This document shows, piece by piece, positions 9,746-19,766 of a stretch of DNA of 64,000 nt. Numbering within the stretch: the stretch's first letter is position 1; the number at the start of each line of letters is the position of its first letter. Source of the DNA: Opitutales bacterium (lineage in GTDB: Bacteria; Verrucomicrobiota; Verrucomicrobiia; Opitutales; UBA2987); assembly GCA_965226885.1 (NCBI GenBank), contig CBDDEL010000013.1, forward strand, positions 160,001-224,000, given 5' to 3'. The position numbers and the translations under genes are program-made. Under the pieces are notes generated by a model. It was not told the origin of the DNA, did not search any database, and saw nothing but the letters and a program-made list of their open reading frames with translations.

Positions 9746-10627
9746 ATGAAACCACCCATTATTGATTGTTTAACCCATATCAGCCGGGGGGCTGATGATG
9801 TTGTCGGATGGGGGCCACGGTTTTTGGCCGAGGACCTGATCGCGCAAATGGACGCTCCCCGGAAAATTCTAGGCGAATCCGCCCGAATCGACCAATCAAT
9901 CGTTTTTCCCGCCCTTGGGGAGACGGTTCCCACCTCCGAATTATCTTTCGGGGAGCAACACGAATATGTGCTCGCAAGTGTGCGCAAATACCCCGACCGG
10001 CTGATAGGAGGGGCCATCATCCACGCCCGGCTGTGGAACGACGATGTGGCTGGCCAACTGGAGTCGATGGTGCGGGAGGATAATTTCCGGATGCTTTATA
10101 TTCATCCATCCTTTCATAAATACTGGCTGCCAATTTCCACTCCCAGCGAGAGCGAGGGGTCGAAGCAGTTGCTCTATCCGGTATTCGAGTTTGCCCGCAA
10201 GTGGTCGTTGCCGGTTTTATTGCATACCGGCGAGCCTCCCTATGGATTGCCCGCGACTGTTGAATTCGTGGCCGGTGAATTTCCCGATGTGAGCATGATC
10301 ATCGCCCACATGGGGACCCAGGGGGTGGTTTACACCCTGGAGTCCCTGCTGGTGGCCCAGAATCACCCCAATGTTTTGCTGGAAACCAGTTTTACGCAAT
10401 GCCACATGCTCATTGAGAGCGTTCATTCGCTGGGCTCCGAGCGGGTGCTGTTCGGCAGCAATTGCCCACCCATGGAGCCGACCCAGCAGCTTATGACGGT
10501 GGAGGAGTCCCTCACCCTGGCCCCGCCCATTGGCATGAGTCTCTCTTTTGACAACACCCGCAAAGTGCTCGGCGGGAATCTTGCCGGGCTGATCCAAAAA
10601 ACCGATACGGCAGTAGCCCAACATTAG
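9746..10627 (+). CDS. Amidohydrolase_2-family protein, degenerate metal site
   Basis: TIM-barrel motifs HTGEPP, IIAHMG, RVLFGS; HxH is LTH and the strand-8 Asp is Asn. Confidence 0.85.
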   Translation: MKPPIIDCLTHISRGADDVVGWGPRFLAEDLIAQMDAPRKILGESARIDQSIVFPALGETVPTSELSFGEQHEYVLASVRKYPDRLIGGAIIHARLWNDDVAGQLESMVREDNFRMLYIHPSFHKYWLPISTPSESEGSKQLLYPVFEFARKWSLPVLLHTGEPPYGLPATVEFVAGEFPDVSMIIAHMGTQGVVYTLESLLVAQNHPNVLLETSFTQCHMLIESVHSLGSERVLFGSNCPPMEPTQQLMTVEESLTLAPPIGMSLSFDNTRKVLGGNLAGLIQKTDTAVAQH

Positions 10628-10642
10628 GAAATATTTTTTATC

Positions 10643-11521
10643 ATGTCTCGTATAATTATAGATTCGCACAACCACATTATTAACCACCGGGAGCCCGTCT
10701 GGGGCTGGGGGCCGCGTTTTACAGGGGACGACCTCATCGCCACCATGGACCGGGACTACGATGTCATGGGGGAAATACGGCACGTTGCAAAAGCCGTTAC
10801 TATGGGATCGCTGGGGATCACCGCACTGGGCGACTACACGATGGCGGAAGCGCATCAATATGTTCGCCAGTGCGTGCAGGAACATTCCGATCGCCTTTAC
10901 CTGAACGCCGTTTACAATCCCCGAATCTGGAGCGTCGATGAGTTGAACCAGGTGGACCAGTGGGTCGAGGATTCCAACCTGGTCATGCTCAAACTGCACC
11001 CGACGATGCACAATTTCCTGTTGCCCATGGGTAATCCTTATCCTGGCCGGGAGACCACCAAACTGGTTTTTCCCCTTTTTGAGAAAGCCCGCCAGTTGGG
11101 AGTGCCGGTCATGATCCACATGGGCGAGCCGCCCCACTCCAACCCCTCATCCATCGATCCGATTGCCCAGGAATTTCCCGATGTGCCGATCATCATTGCC
11201 CATTCGGGAGCGAATAACGAAATCAGCTACGCACTGGCGGCGACCATCGTGGCGCGGCACAACGACAATGTCTTTTTAGGCACCAGTTGGGTGCAGCCGT
11301 TGGATCTGAGCGAGATGTATTACGCCGTTGGGCCGAGCAAAATCATTTTTGAGAGCGATTGTGCGCCGCAATCGATGGGCCACCAGATGCGCCAGGTGAT
11401 CAACCTGCACCTGCCTCCGCCCCTGGGTGTGGGCGCCTCTGCCGATGAGGTTTATGAAATGATCGGGGGCAACATCGCCCGTTTGTGCAAAATCCCGGTG
11501 GGAGAGCCCGTTGGGGCCTGA
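10643..11521 (+). CDS. Amidohydrolase_2-family protein, intact metal site
   Basis: IDSHNH, KLHP, HMGEPP, IIAHSG, IFESD; clear paralog of the upstream gene. Confidence 0.9.
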   Translation: MSRIIIDSHNHIINHREPVWGWGPRFTGDDLIATMDRDYDVMGEIRHVAKAVTMGSLGITALGDYTMAEAHQYVRQCVQEHSDRLYLNAVYNPRIWSVDELNQVDQWVEDSNLVMLKLHPTMHNFLLPMGNPYPGRETTKLVFPLFEKARQLGVPVMIHMGEPPHSNPSSIDPIAQEFPDVPIIIAHSGANNEISYALAATIVARHNDNVFLGTSWVQPLDLSEMYYAVGPSKIIFESDCAPQSMGHQMRQVINLHLPPPLGVGASADEVYEMIGGNIARLCKIPVGEPVGA

Positions 11522-11531
11522 GTTTATAATT

Positions 11532-12536
11532 GTGAAAAAAGACTTTTGGCAGTCAGGCTTCCTGTTCTTGGCAAGCTTCCTCTTGATGGCCTTGGCCGGA
11601 GGGTGCTCCGGCGGGGTTGAAAAGAAAGGCGATGCCGATGTTTTCATGGTCGGTTTGCTTAGCCCGGGACCCGTCAACGGGCAAGGCTGGACACAGATTG
11701 CCTATGAGGCTCTACTAAAGATTGAGAAAGAATTGGGGGCGCAAATCAGCTATGTGGAGGTGGAGCAATCGCCGGCCTTGTTCGAGCGGGCCTTTCGCGA
11801 TTATGCCAGCCAGGGTTATCAGATGGTCCTCGGTCACGGTTTTGAATTTCAGGATTCGGCCCTCACGGTGGCGAAAGATTTTCCCGACACCTGGTTCTTC
11901 ATTTCCAGCAGCAAAATTCGGGAGGGCAATGTCATTGGGGTGGACACCGATTCGAGCCAGCCCTTTTACCTGATGGGAATCATAGCGGCCAAAATGGGCA
12001 AAGCCGCCGGGCTGATCGGGGGGGTGGAAATACCGCCCATCACCAACGCATTTATCGGATTCACCAATGGGGTTCGCAGCATCGACCCCTCTTTTCCCAT
12101 CAGCACCACTTATTTGGGCAGTTGGACCGATGCCGCGGCAGCCAAGGAAGCGGCCTTCAGCATGATAGGGGAGGGGGCCGATTTTATCATACCGGACGCC
12201 GATGCTGCTGGTTCCGGCGTTTACCAGGCCCTTAAGGAGACCGGCCCCGGCTATTGGTCTTTCGGAATCTACAACGATTTCACCTCACAGGCCCCGGACA
12301 ATATGATCGGCAACTATTTCAACGATTACGGGCAAGGTTTGGTCAATATTGCCCGGCAGGTGCAGGAGGGTAGTTTTGCGATTGAATCGAATATCGTATT
12401 CGGGGTTAAGGACGAAGACGTGATCTGGGTTGAGTTTGAAGAGGGCAGGGTGCCTGCCGATGTGTTGGAACTGGTGGAAGCCGCCAGGCAGGAGATCATT
12501 GCCGGTAAAATCGATACCTTGGCGCCCAACCATTGA
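11532..12536 (+). CDS. BMP/PnrA-family ABC substrate-binding lipoprotein (nucleoside/purine-type)
   Basis: Signal peptide with lipobox LAGGC; GHGFEF, YLGSWTDAAAAKEAA, GADFI. Confidence 0.9.
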   Translation: MKKDFWQSGFLFLASFLLMALAGGCSGGVEKKGDADVFMVGLLSPGPVNGQGWTQIAYEALLKIEKELGAQISYVEVEQSPALFERAFRDYASQGYQMVLGHGFEFQDSALTVAKDFPDTWFFISSSKIREGNVIGVDTDSSQPFYLMGIIAAKMGKAAGLIGGVEIPPITNAFIGFTNGVRSIDPSFPISTTYLGSWTDAAAAKEAAFSMIGEGADFIIPDADAAGSGVYQALKETGPGYWSFGIYNDFTSQAPDNMIGNYFNDYGQGLVNIARQVQEGSFAIESNIVFGVKDEDVIWVEFEEGRVPADVLELVEAARQEIIAGKIDTLAPNH

Positions 12537-13663
12537 AAAGGGAAACTGTGGACGCCAGGGATGCGGAAAGTGCACAGGATATGCCGTCAAATCAGCCGGA
12601 ACCAAAAAATTTTCCCCCTCCGATTAAGATCCTGCGTTCTGCCGGGCGAATCGTTGCTCTGCCCACGGCTGCCGTGGGCATTGCGTTGGCGGCAGGAGCG
12701 ATCCTGCTCTTGTCGGCGGGATTTTCTCCACTCAAGGCCTACGGGGTGATGGGGTATGGGGCTTTCGGTACGGTCAACAACCTGGCGGAGACGCTTCTCA
12801 AATCTACGCCCTTGATCTTGATCGGTTCGGGGCTGGCGGTGGCCTTTCGCAGCGGCATGTGGAATATAGGGGCCGAAGGCCAACTCTATGCCGGAGCGGT
12901 GGCGGCCACTCTGGCGGGGACTGTTTTTTCGGATCTGCCCGCAGTCCTCCTGGTTCCTTTGGTTTTGATTTCCGGTATGGCCGGCGGCGCTGTGTGGGGC
13001 GGACTGGCCGGATTTTTCAAGGTGCGGTTCGGCGCCAGCGAAATAGTCACCACCATCATGCTCAATTTCCTGGCCATCATTGCCACCAGCTATTTGGTGA
13101 CCGGGCCGATGATTGAGGAAGTGGGTAAATTTCCGCAAACGGCACAAATCGCGGAAGCGGCCCGGCTTCCCCGCATCTTGTTGCCGACCCGCCTCCATAT
13201 TGGTTTCATCCTGGCCTTGGCCGTCTCCCTGGCGACCTATGTGCTGCTTTTCAAGTCCAGCCGCGGCTATGCCCTGCGCACCGTTGGGATAAGCCCGGAT
13301 GCGGCGCGCTATGCCGGCATCAATGTGGGCGCGGGCCTCCTCACCGCCATGGCTATCAGCGGCGGGGCGGCGGGATTGGCCGGGGCCGTAGAAATAACCG
13401 GTTTAACCTATCGGCTTTATCAGGAGATTTCTCCCGGTTACGGTTTTGACGGGATCGCCGTCGCCCTTTTGGCCAACAACAATCCCCTGGGGGTCATCTT
13501 CACTGGTATTCTCTTTGGGGCCTTGCGCTCCGGTTCCGAAGTCATGCAGATGAATGCCCAGGTGCCCGCCGTCCTGGTTTCCGTCATCCAGGGGGCGGTT
13601 TTGCTTTCGGCGGCAGCTTTCGGAGTATTTCGAATCACCGTGGCGGATCCACATAAGGAGTAG
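12533..13663 (+). CDS. ABC permease, nucleoside (NupB/YufP-like) type
   Basis: NIGAEGQ, EIVTTIMLN, GYGFDGIAVALL; multi-TM. Confidence 0.93.
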   Translation: MKRETVDARDAESAQDMPSNQPEPKNFPPPIKILRSAGRIVALPTAAVGIALAAGAILLLSAGFSPLKAYGVMGYGAFGTVNNLAETLLKSTPLILIGSGLAVAFRSGMWNIGAEGQLYAGAVAATLAGTVFSDLPAVLLVPLVLISGMAGGAVWGGLAGFFKVRFGASEIVTTIMLNFLAIIATSYLVTGPMIEEVGKFPQTAQIAEAARLPRILLPTRLHIGFILALAVSLATYVLLFKSSRGYALRTVGISPDAARYAGINVGAGLLTAMAISGGAAGLAGAVEITGLTYRLYQEISPGYGFDGIAVALLANNNPLGVIFTGILFGALRSGSEVMQMNAQVPAVLVSVIQGAVLLSAAAFGVFRITVADPHKE

Positions 13664-13669
13664 TTGAAA

Positions 13670-14608
13670 ATGGAACCGCTGGCCATAATTGCATTTCTCG
13701 CTGCGGTGCTGGGGGCTGCCTGGAGGCTGGCCACTCCTTTCATCTATACATCGTTGGGAGAAGTATTTTCAGAGCGGGCCGGAGTATTGAATATCGGGCT
13801 CGAGGGCGTCATGCTGATCGGAGCTTTCAACGCATTTGCCATCGCCTTTTTTACGGGCAGCCCTTTTCTCGGTCTGGCGGCCGCTTTGGCCGCCGGATTG
13901 CTCTGCGGGCTGCTCTTCGCATTTTTGACCGTAACCGTGCGGGCCAACCAAATCGTGGTGGGGGCAGCCTTCAACCTGGCCGGTCTCGGTTTGACCAGTT
14001 TTCTTTACCGGTCCGTGTTTTCCGGGCGCATGGAGACGGCCCGGGAATACGTTTCCTTCGTTCCCATCGAAATACCATTCTTAAGCCGTTTGCCATTTTT
14101 CGGTGAAATTTTCTTTCGGCAAAATTTGATCGTTTACGCCACCCCGCTGGTGGTTTTGGCGGGCGCCTTCATCCTTTACCGGACCGCCTTCGGCCTCTCC
14201 CTCAGGGCCGTCGGAGAACACCCGCGAACGGTCGATGCGGCGGGATTGAAAGTGAGCTTGATCCGCTATTGTGGTGTTTTAACCGGTTGCGGATTGGCGG
14301 CCATGGGTGGCGCTTATTTGACAATTGCTCACACTAACCAGTTTAACGAGGGCATCACCTCGGGCCGTGGATTTATTGCCCTGGCGGTGGTCGTTATCGG
14401 ACGTTGGTCTCCCTGGGGCGCATTCTTCGTTTCCCTTTTGTTTGGATTTTTTTACGCCCTTCAATTGAGGCTGCAAGCGGTCTCCTCCATAACGATACCC
14501 TACCAGTTTCTGCAAGCCTTGCCCTACCTGCTGACTTTGCTTGTATTCGTCGTTCTGCGCAAACGAACCGCCCCGCCCGCCGCGCTGGGCGTTCCCTACA
14601 AATCATGA
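13670..14608 (+). CDS. ABC permease, nucleoside (NupC/YufQ-like) type
   Basis: SERAGVLNIGLEG, LRAVGEHP, GRGFIALA, LPYLLT. Confidence 0.93.
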   Translation: MEPLAIIAFLAAVLGAAWRLATPFIYTSLGEVFSERAGVLNIGLEGVMLIGAFNAFAIAFFTGSPFLGLAAALAAGLLCGLLFAFLTVTVRANQIVVGAAFNLAGLGLTSFLYRSVFSGRMETAREYVSFVPIEIPFLSRLPFFGEIFFRQNLIVYATPLVVLAGAFILYRTAFGLSLRAVGEHPRTVDAAGLKVSLIRYCGVLTGCGLAAMGGAYLTIAHTNQFNEGITSGRGFIALAVVVIGRWSPWGAFFVSLLFGFFYALQLRLQAVSSITIPYQFLQALPYLLTLLVFVVLRKRTAPPAALGVPYKS

Positions 14609-14631
14609 CTTGAAATTGTGGCACAGTCGTT

Positions 14632-16164
14632 ATGAGTGAAGTTTTTCTCAAATTGGATAAAATCGTCAAAAGTTTTCCCGGTGTAAAGGCTAACCGCGGG
14701 ATCAGCCTGGAAGTCGGGAAAGGGAAAATTCATGCTTTGCTGGGTGAAAACGGCGCCGGCAAGACGGTTCTTATGAGCATCGTCTATGGGCTCCACCAAC
14801 CCGATTCCGGGAGCATTGTTTATCGCGGCGAACCTGTTGCCATCCATTCTCCCAAAGACGCCATCAAAAGAGGCATCGGCATGGTCCATCAACACTTTAT
14901 GCTGGTTCCAACCCTGACGGTGGCGGAAAATATCGTTCTGGGACAATACCCGCCCTGGAAGGTTTTGCGGGAAATGGGTAAAGTGGAATCGAGAATCGAG
15001 GAGTTGAGCCAGAAATTCGGGCTGAAAATCGATCCTCGCGCTCCCGTGCATCGTCTTTCGGTGGGGGAACAGCAAAGGGTGGAAATTTTGAAGGCTCTTT
15101 ATCAGGGCGTGGACCTGCTCATTCTCGATGAACCGACGGCCGTGCTTACCCCTCAGGAAACGGATGGGCTTTTGAACTTTTTGAAAGAAATGACTGGGCG
15201 CGGATTGACCGTTATTTTCATCACCCACAAGCTGGACGAGGTTATGCGGGCGAGCGACCGGGTAACGGTATTGCGCGACGGCCGGGAGGTTGCCATGGTG
15301 CAAACGGCGGAAACCAATCCGCGCGCGCTGGCCCGGCTTATGGTGGGGCGGGAGGTTTTTCTGGAACCTCCGTCGAGAGAGGGAACGGTGGGTAAAAATA
15401 TCCTTTCGGTGAAAAACCTGACGGTCAACGACGAGCGGGGTTTGCCGGCTGTAAGGGATATAACTTTTGAGGTGAAAAGCGGGGAAATCGTTGGCATTGC
15501 CGGGGTGTCCGGGAATGGACAGAGTGAACTGGCCTTGGCTCTAGCCGGATTGAGGCCCGTTTCAAGCGGCCAAATTTATTTTCTCGACACCCCGGCGACT
15601 AACCTGCTTCCGCGAAAATTGAGCCGCCTGGGGCTCGCCCATGTGCCCGAAGACCGGCACAAAATGGGAATCGTGCTGCCTTTCACGGTGGCGGAAAATT
15701 TTATTTTGCACGATTTCGGCGATCCGCCATTTGCCCGGAACGGATTTTTGCGTTCGGGGTTAATTCGCCGCCACGCCAGGAAGCTGGCCCAAAAATATGC
15801 CGTTCGCCATAGCGCGGTGGATCAGGAGATCGGCCAGCTTTCGGGCGGAAACCAGCAGAAGGTGGTCGTTGCTAGGGAATTGCAGCGCAGCCCGCGTCTC
15901 CTGTTGGTCAACGAGCCGACCCGAGGGATCGATATCGGGGCCACCGAATTTGTCCGCCGGCAAATAGCGGCGGCCCGCGATGCAGGATCGGCCGTGCTGC
16001 TTATATCTTCGGACTTGGAGGAATTGTTTGCCCTCAGCGACCGTTTACTCATTTTTTATGAAGGAAAAATTGTCGGCCAAACCCCCGCAAATAACGAACT
16101 TATCGAGGAAATCGGTTTGATGATGGCGGGCCATAAAATCGAAAATTATGCGCCTGAAAACTGA
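14632..16164 (+). CDS. ABC ATPase with two NBDs (CUT2/NupA-like)
   Basis: GENGAGKT, GMVHQHF, LILDEPT, LSGGNQQK. Confidence 0.95.
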   Translation: MSEVFLKLDKIVKSFPGVKANRGISLEVGKGKIHALLGENGAGKTVLMSIVYGLHQPDSGSIVYRGEPVAIHSPKDAIKRGIGMVHQHFMLVPTLTVAENIVLGQYPPWKVLREMGKVESRIEELSQKFGLKIDPRAPVHRLSVGEQQRVEILKALYQGVDLLILDEPTAVLTPQETDGLLNFLKEMTGRGLTVIFITHKLDEVMRASDRVTVLRDGREVAMVQTAETNPRALARLMVGREVFLEPPSREGTVGKNILSVKNLTVNDERGLPAVRDITFEVKSGEIVGIAGVSGNGQSELALALAGLRPVSSGQIYFLDTPATNLLPRKLSRLGLAHVPEDRHKMGIVLPFTVAENFILHDFGDPPFARNGFLRSGLIRRHARKLAQKYAVRHSAVDQEIGQLSGGNQQKVVVARELQRSPRLLLVNEPTRGIDIGATEFVRRQIAAARDAGSAVLLISSDLEELFALSDRLLIFYEGKIVGQTPANNELIEEIGLMMAGHKIENYAPEN

Positions 16165-16230
16165 AATCGGCTTTATTTTGTTCTCTTGCTCCTGGCCATT
16201 AAACAAGCTACTAATTGGATTAGCTTAGAC

Positions 16231-16824
16231 GTGAAACGATTAATTATAGGCATTACCGGCGCCAGCGGCGTTATTTATGGAATTCGTTTATTGGAAATTT
16301 TGCGGGAAACGCAAGAGGTGCATACCCACCTTGCCATTAGCAATGCCGGTAAGCGCACCATTCTCCTGGAAACGGATTTTTCAATTGCCGGGGTGGAAGC
16401 GCTGGCCGACGAAGTAATTGCCATTGGCGACATCGCCGCCAACATCTGCTCCGGCTCTTTTAAGACCTACGGCATGATTGTGGCGCCCTGCTCGATTCAT
16501 TCCCTTTCCGGAATCGCTCATTCCGTGTGCGATAATCTGATCCTCAGGGCGGCCGATGTGGTCTTGAAAGACAGGCGGAAATTACTTCTTTTAGTGCGCG
16601 AAACACCCTTGCACCGGGGTCATATTGAACTAATGGAGCGTGCCGCCAAATTGGGGGCCATCATCATGCCGCCGGTTCCCGCCTTTTATCATCGTCCGAA
16701 AAAGTTGGACGATATCATCAACCAAACGGCCAACCGCGCACTAGACCTGATGGATATCGAATTGGATGAGGATTTGTATGAACGCTGGCAAGGCCCTGGG
16801 CAGTCACAAGAACCTAAAAGTTAA
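16231..16824 (+). CDS. ubiX: Flavin prenyltransferase
   Basis: IGITGASG, SGSF, APCS, RAADV.LK.RR, RETP, PAFY. Confidence 0.95.
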   Translation: MKRLIIGITGASGVIYGIRLLEILRETQEVHTHLAISNAGKRTILLETDFSIAGVEALADEVIAIGDIAANICSGSFKTYGMIVAPCSIHSLSGIAHSVCDNLILRAADVVLKDRRKLLLLVRETPLHRGHIELMERAAKLGAIIMPPVPAFYHRPKKLDDIINQTANRALDLMDIELDEDLYERWQGPGQSQEPKS

Positions 16825-16838
16825 AGGAAGATTGATCG

Positions 16839-18191
16839 ATGGCATCACTGAGAACTTTTCTCGAAACTCTTTCCGAAGATGAGATACTGCGCTTCGAAGA
16901 GCCGATGGAACTGGATTATACTCCGACCGCGCTGGCTCTGGAATTGGGGAAAGAGCAGAAATTTCCCATGCTTTGGTTTGAGCAGCCCAATGGCTTCGAT
17001 ATGCCGGTAGTGGCCAATATTTTTGCTAACAGAGACCGCATTGCCCGTATCGCCGGGGCGCCTGATGCGGCCAGTTTCAACGAAACCTGGCTGCGGGCGG
17101 AAAATAATCCCGTTTCGCCTCGTCTTGTCGATTCCGGTCCCGCCCAGGAGTTGGTTTTCATCGGCGACGAGGTGGATGTGCGGACGCTTCCCATCAGCCG
17201 CCATTTTCAGGCCGACGCCGGGCGCTACATCGGCTCCGGCATATTGATCTGCAAAGACCCTGACACAGGCGTGCGCAACCTCAGCTACCAGCGTTTGCAG
17301 TTGAAGGGCAAAGACCGCTTTGGGGCCAGCTTGCACTCCAGGGCCCATATATGGGATCACTTGATTCGCTCGCAGAAACGGGGCAAAAATCTTGAGGTGG
17401 CGGTGGTTATCGGGGCGCATCCGGCTATTTATCTGGCGGCCGCCGCCAAGGTGGCCATGGAGGTGGATGAGCTGGACATTGCGGGCGGGCTTTTGGGGAA
17501 ACCGGTCGATCTCGTAAAATGCCGCACTATCGATATAGAGGTTCCAGCCGAGGCCGAGATCGTCATCGAGGGCGAATTGCTGGCCGATGCGAGTGAGGAC
17601 GAGGGCCCCTACGGTGAATACACCGGCTACTCAACTTACCGATCAACCCGCAATGTATTCGTCGTCAAGGCGGTCACCCGGCGAGAGAAACCGATTTATC
17701 TGGACATCATTCCGGGTAATTCGAGCGAACATCTATTGCTTGGCCGCTGTGCCAAGGAAGCGCATGTATTCAATCGGCTGAAGGAGGTCGTGGCGGGGGT
17801 CAAGGCCATTAATTACCCCAAGTCGGGAACTCATTTTCACGCCTACATCTCCCTCCAAAAAGGGGCCGAGGGGCAGGCCCGGCACGCCATCATGCTTTTG
17901 TTCGGTTTGGATTCCTATCTGAAACTAGTCATCGCCGTCGATGAGGACATCGATATTTACAACGTGGAGGATATTCTCTGGGCTTTGGCTACCCGATTTC
18001 AGGCCGACACCGATTTGTTTGTCGTGCCCAAAGTATTTTGCAATCGACTCGACCCTTCCGCCGTCGATGGCATGTCCGCCAAGTTGGGCATTGACGCGAC
18101 GCTGCCGCCAGATTTCGAGGCGGAGCGAATCGCTCTTCCCGCGGAGGCATTGGAGAGGGCTCGTTCGGCTTTGGCGAAATTGCTGGTTTGA
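16839..18191 (+). CDS. UbiD-family prFMN-dependent (de)carboxylase
   Basis: RNLSYQRLQ, VPAEAEIVIEG, EGPYGEYTGY, VDEDID, WALATR, LDPS, KLGIDAT. Confidence 0.95.
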   Translation: MASLRTFLETLSEDEILRFEEPMELDYTPTALALELGKEQKFPMLWFEQPNGFDMPVVANIFANRDRIARIAGAPDAASFNETWLRAENNPVSPRLVDSGPAQELVFIGDEVDVRTLPISRHFQADAGRYIGSGILICKDPDTGVRNLSYQRLQLKGKDRFGASLHSRAHIWDHLIRSQKRGKNLEVAVVIGAHPAIYLAAAAKVAMEVDELDIAGGLLGKPVDLVKCRTIDIEVPAEAEIVIEGELLADASEDEGPYGEYTGYSTYRSTRNVFVVKAVTRREKPIYLDIIPGNSSEHLLLGRCAKEAHVFNRLKEVVAGVKAINYPKSGTHFHAYISLQKGAEGQARHAIMLLFGLDSYLKLVIAVDEDIDIYNVEDILWALATRFQADTDLFVVPKVFCNRLDPSAVDGMSAKLGIDATLPPDFEAERIALPAEALERARSALAKLLV

Positions 18192-18199
18192 GGACCTAA

Positions 18200-19766
18200 C
18201 CCGGATATTTCATGAAGGGTAAAGTTTGGCTCGTTATTGCTATTGGAGATGGATTTCTTTGTATTTTGGGCGGATCGTCTTGATTTTGAGGTGTTTTTCA
18301 GGGTGTAGAGACACTTCCCCCTTTCCCCCATTGGTTCGGTAGCGCCGGGGGCAGCGCCAATGCGCCCTTTAGGTTGGCACCAACCGGCGGGCCGCATGGT
18401 TGAAAAGACTGGCCCATGGATAACTTTCACTTAGGTGAAAGTGAATCGTTCGGGTGTTGCGCACGATTACCGCTCCGATCTTGATTAATTTTAGCCGTAG
18501 ACTGTGGCATTGGAGACGCGCCCACTTCGTCCCTTTTAATGCGAACCGGCGCAAGGCTTCCATCAAGGTGTAGGCCAGCCCCGACAAGAGCAATCGCCAC
18601 TGGTTGGCCCACCATTTATGCGCGCTGGTGCGTTCGCTGAACAATTGCATCTGTTCCTTGATCCGGTTCTCCATCTCACCGCGGCCACAGTATACTTTGT
18701 CGTAAAGCTCTTGGGGATCGCCCTGCAGGTTCGTCACCACGAAGCGCGGGTTGGACCCCTGTGCGGTGTGTTCGGCTTTGTGGATGATAAGGCGTTGGCG
18801 CCGCCACGATTTTGCCCCATACTCGAAGTGCTGAAACAGCCGTTGCTTTTTGCCGCTACCCTCGAACCATTGTTTGGCTTGCTCCTGCAACTGCCGGGCC
18901 GCTTGCTGCAAGCGTGCATGGCGGGCCGTTCCCACTATAAAATAAACCTCGTTGCGCTCGCACCACGAGAGAATCCGATCCCGGCAGAATCCGCTGTCGG
19001 CACGCCAAATAATCCGCGTATGGGGCCAGCTTTGGCGAATCCGTTTAACCAGCAATTTGAGGATGGCCCCGGCATGCTTGCTCGCATCGATCTTGCTGGG
19101 CCGCAGGTAGGCCACCAGAAGCTGATCGCCGCAAAAAACATACAGCGGCAAAAAACAGTAATGATCATAATAACCGTGGAAAAAACGTCCCTCCTGGAGC
19201 CCGTGCACCGGATTGTCGGTGGCGTCAAAGTCCAGGATGATCTCTTCGGGTTCCTCGGCAAAGGATCCGATGAACTGTTCGACCAGCAACTCGTTCAGGG
19301 CAAAGGCTGCCCGCCGATCCTGCCCGTTTTCAAAACGACACAAAGTCGGCGCGCTGGCCAACGCTTCAGTGCGCCCCGTTACCGTTTGCAACAAAGGATC
19401 GCGGCGCAGGGTGTCAAAGTCGTTCAAATCCTCATAGCCCGCCCCCAGCCCGTAAACGCGCTGCCGGATCATGGCCAGCATCTCATGGCGCACTTTGCCC
19501 TTCTGCCGTTTGTCTACTAATTGCCGGGCCGCTTGCTCGGTCAAGCCCAACCGCCGATCCACTTCCCGGATCAAAAGCAGCCCGGCATCCGAAGTAACCT
19601 CACCGCCCTTAAAATCAACCCGCACACGGCGGCCTTTTACCCTTGTCAACTGTAGTTCTAATTGTTTACTTTTTGTCATCGCTGATATTGCTTTAATGTT
19701 TAATCTATCCTGCTGTATATCAGCAGATAAGCATATCAGCGATACTTTTTTTATGAAATTTCCGGG
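18200..19766 (-). mobile_element. IS1380-family element, diverged isoform (copy C)
   Basis: IRs CCCGGATATTTC / GAAATTTCCGGG; TSD CTAA at 18196-18199 and 19767-19770; many substitutions relative to copies A and E. Confidence 0.95.
18369..19679 (-). CDS. IS1380 transposase (intact ORF)
   Basis: 436-aa ORF colinear with the other copies. Confidence 0.95.
   Translation of the reverse strand: MTKSKQLELQLTRVKGRRVRVDFKGGEVTSDAGLLLIREVDRRLGLTEQAARQLVDKRQKGKVRHEMLAMIRQRVYGLGAGYEDLNDFDTLRRDPLLQTVTGRTEALASAPTLCRFENGQDRRAAFALNELLVEQFIGSFAEEPEEIILDFDATDNPVHGLQEGRFFHGYYDHYCFLPLYVFCGDQLLVAYLRPSKIDASKHAGAILKLLVKRIRQSWPHTRIIWRADSGFCRDRILSWCERNEVYFIVGTARHARLQQAARQLQEQAKQWFEGSGKKQRLFQHFEYGAKSWRRQRLIIHKAEHTAQGSNPRFVVTNLQGDPQELYDKVYCGRGEMENRIKEQMQLFSERTSAHKWWANQWRLLLSGLAYTLMEALRRFALKGTKWARLQCHSLRLKLIKIGAVIVRNTRTIHFHLSESYPWASLFNHAARRLVPT

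Noticed and set aside
16839..18191. Ubiquinone-biosynthetic ubiD
   Set aside because: Context is a catabolic transport operon and no other ubi genes are present except the cofactor-making ubiX; symbol withheld
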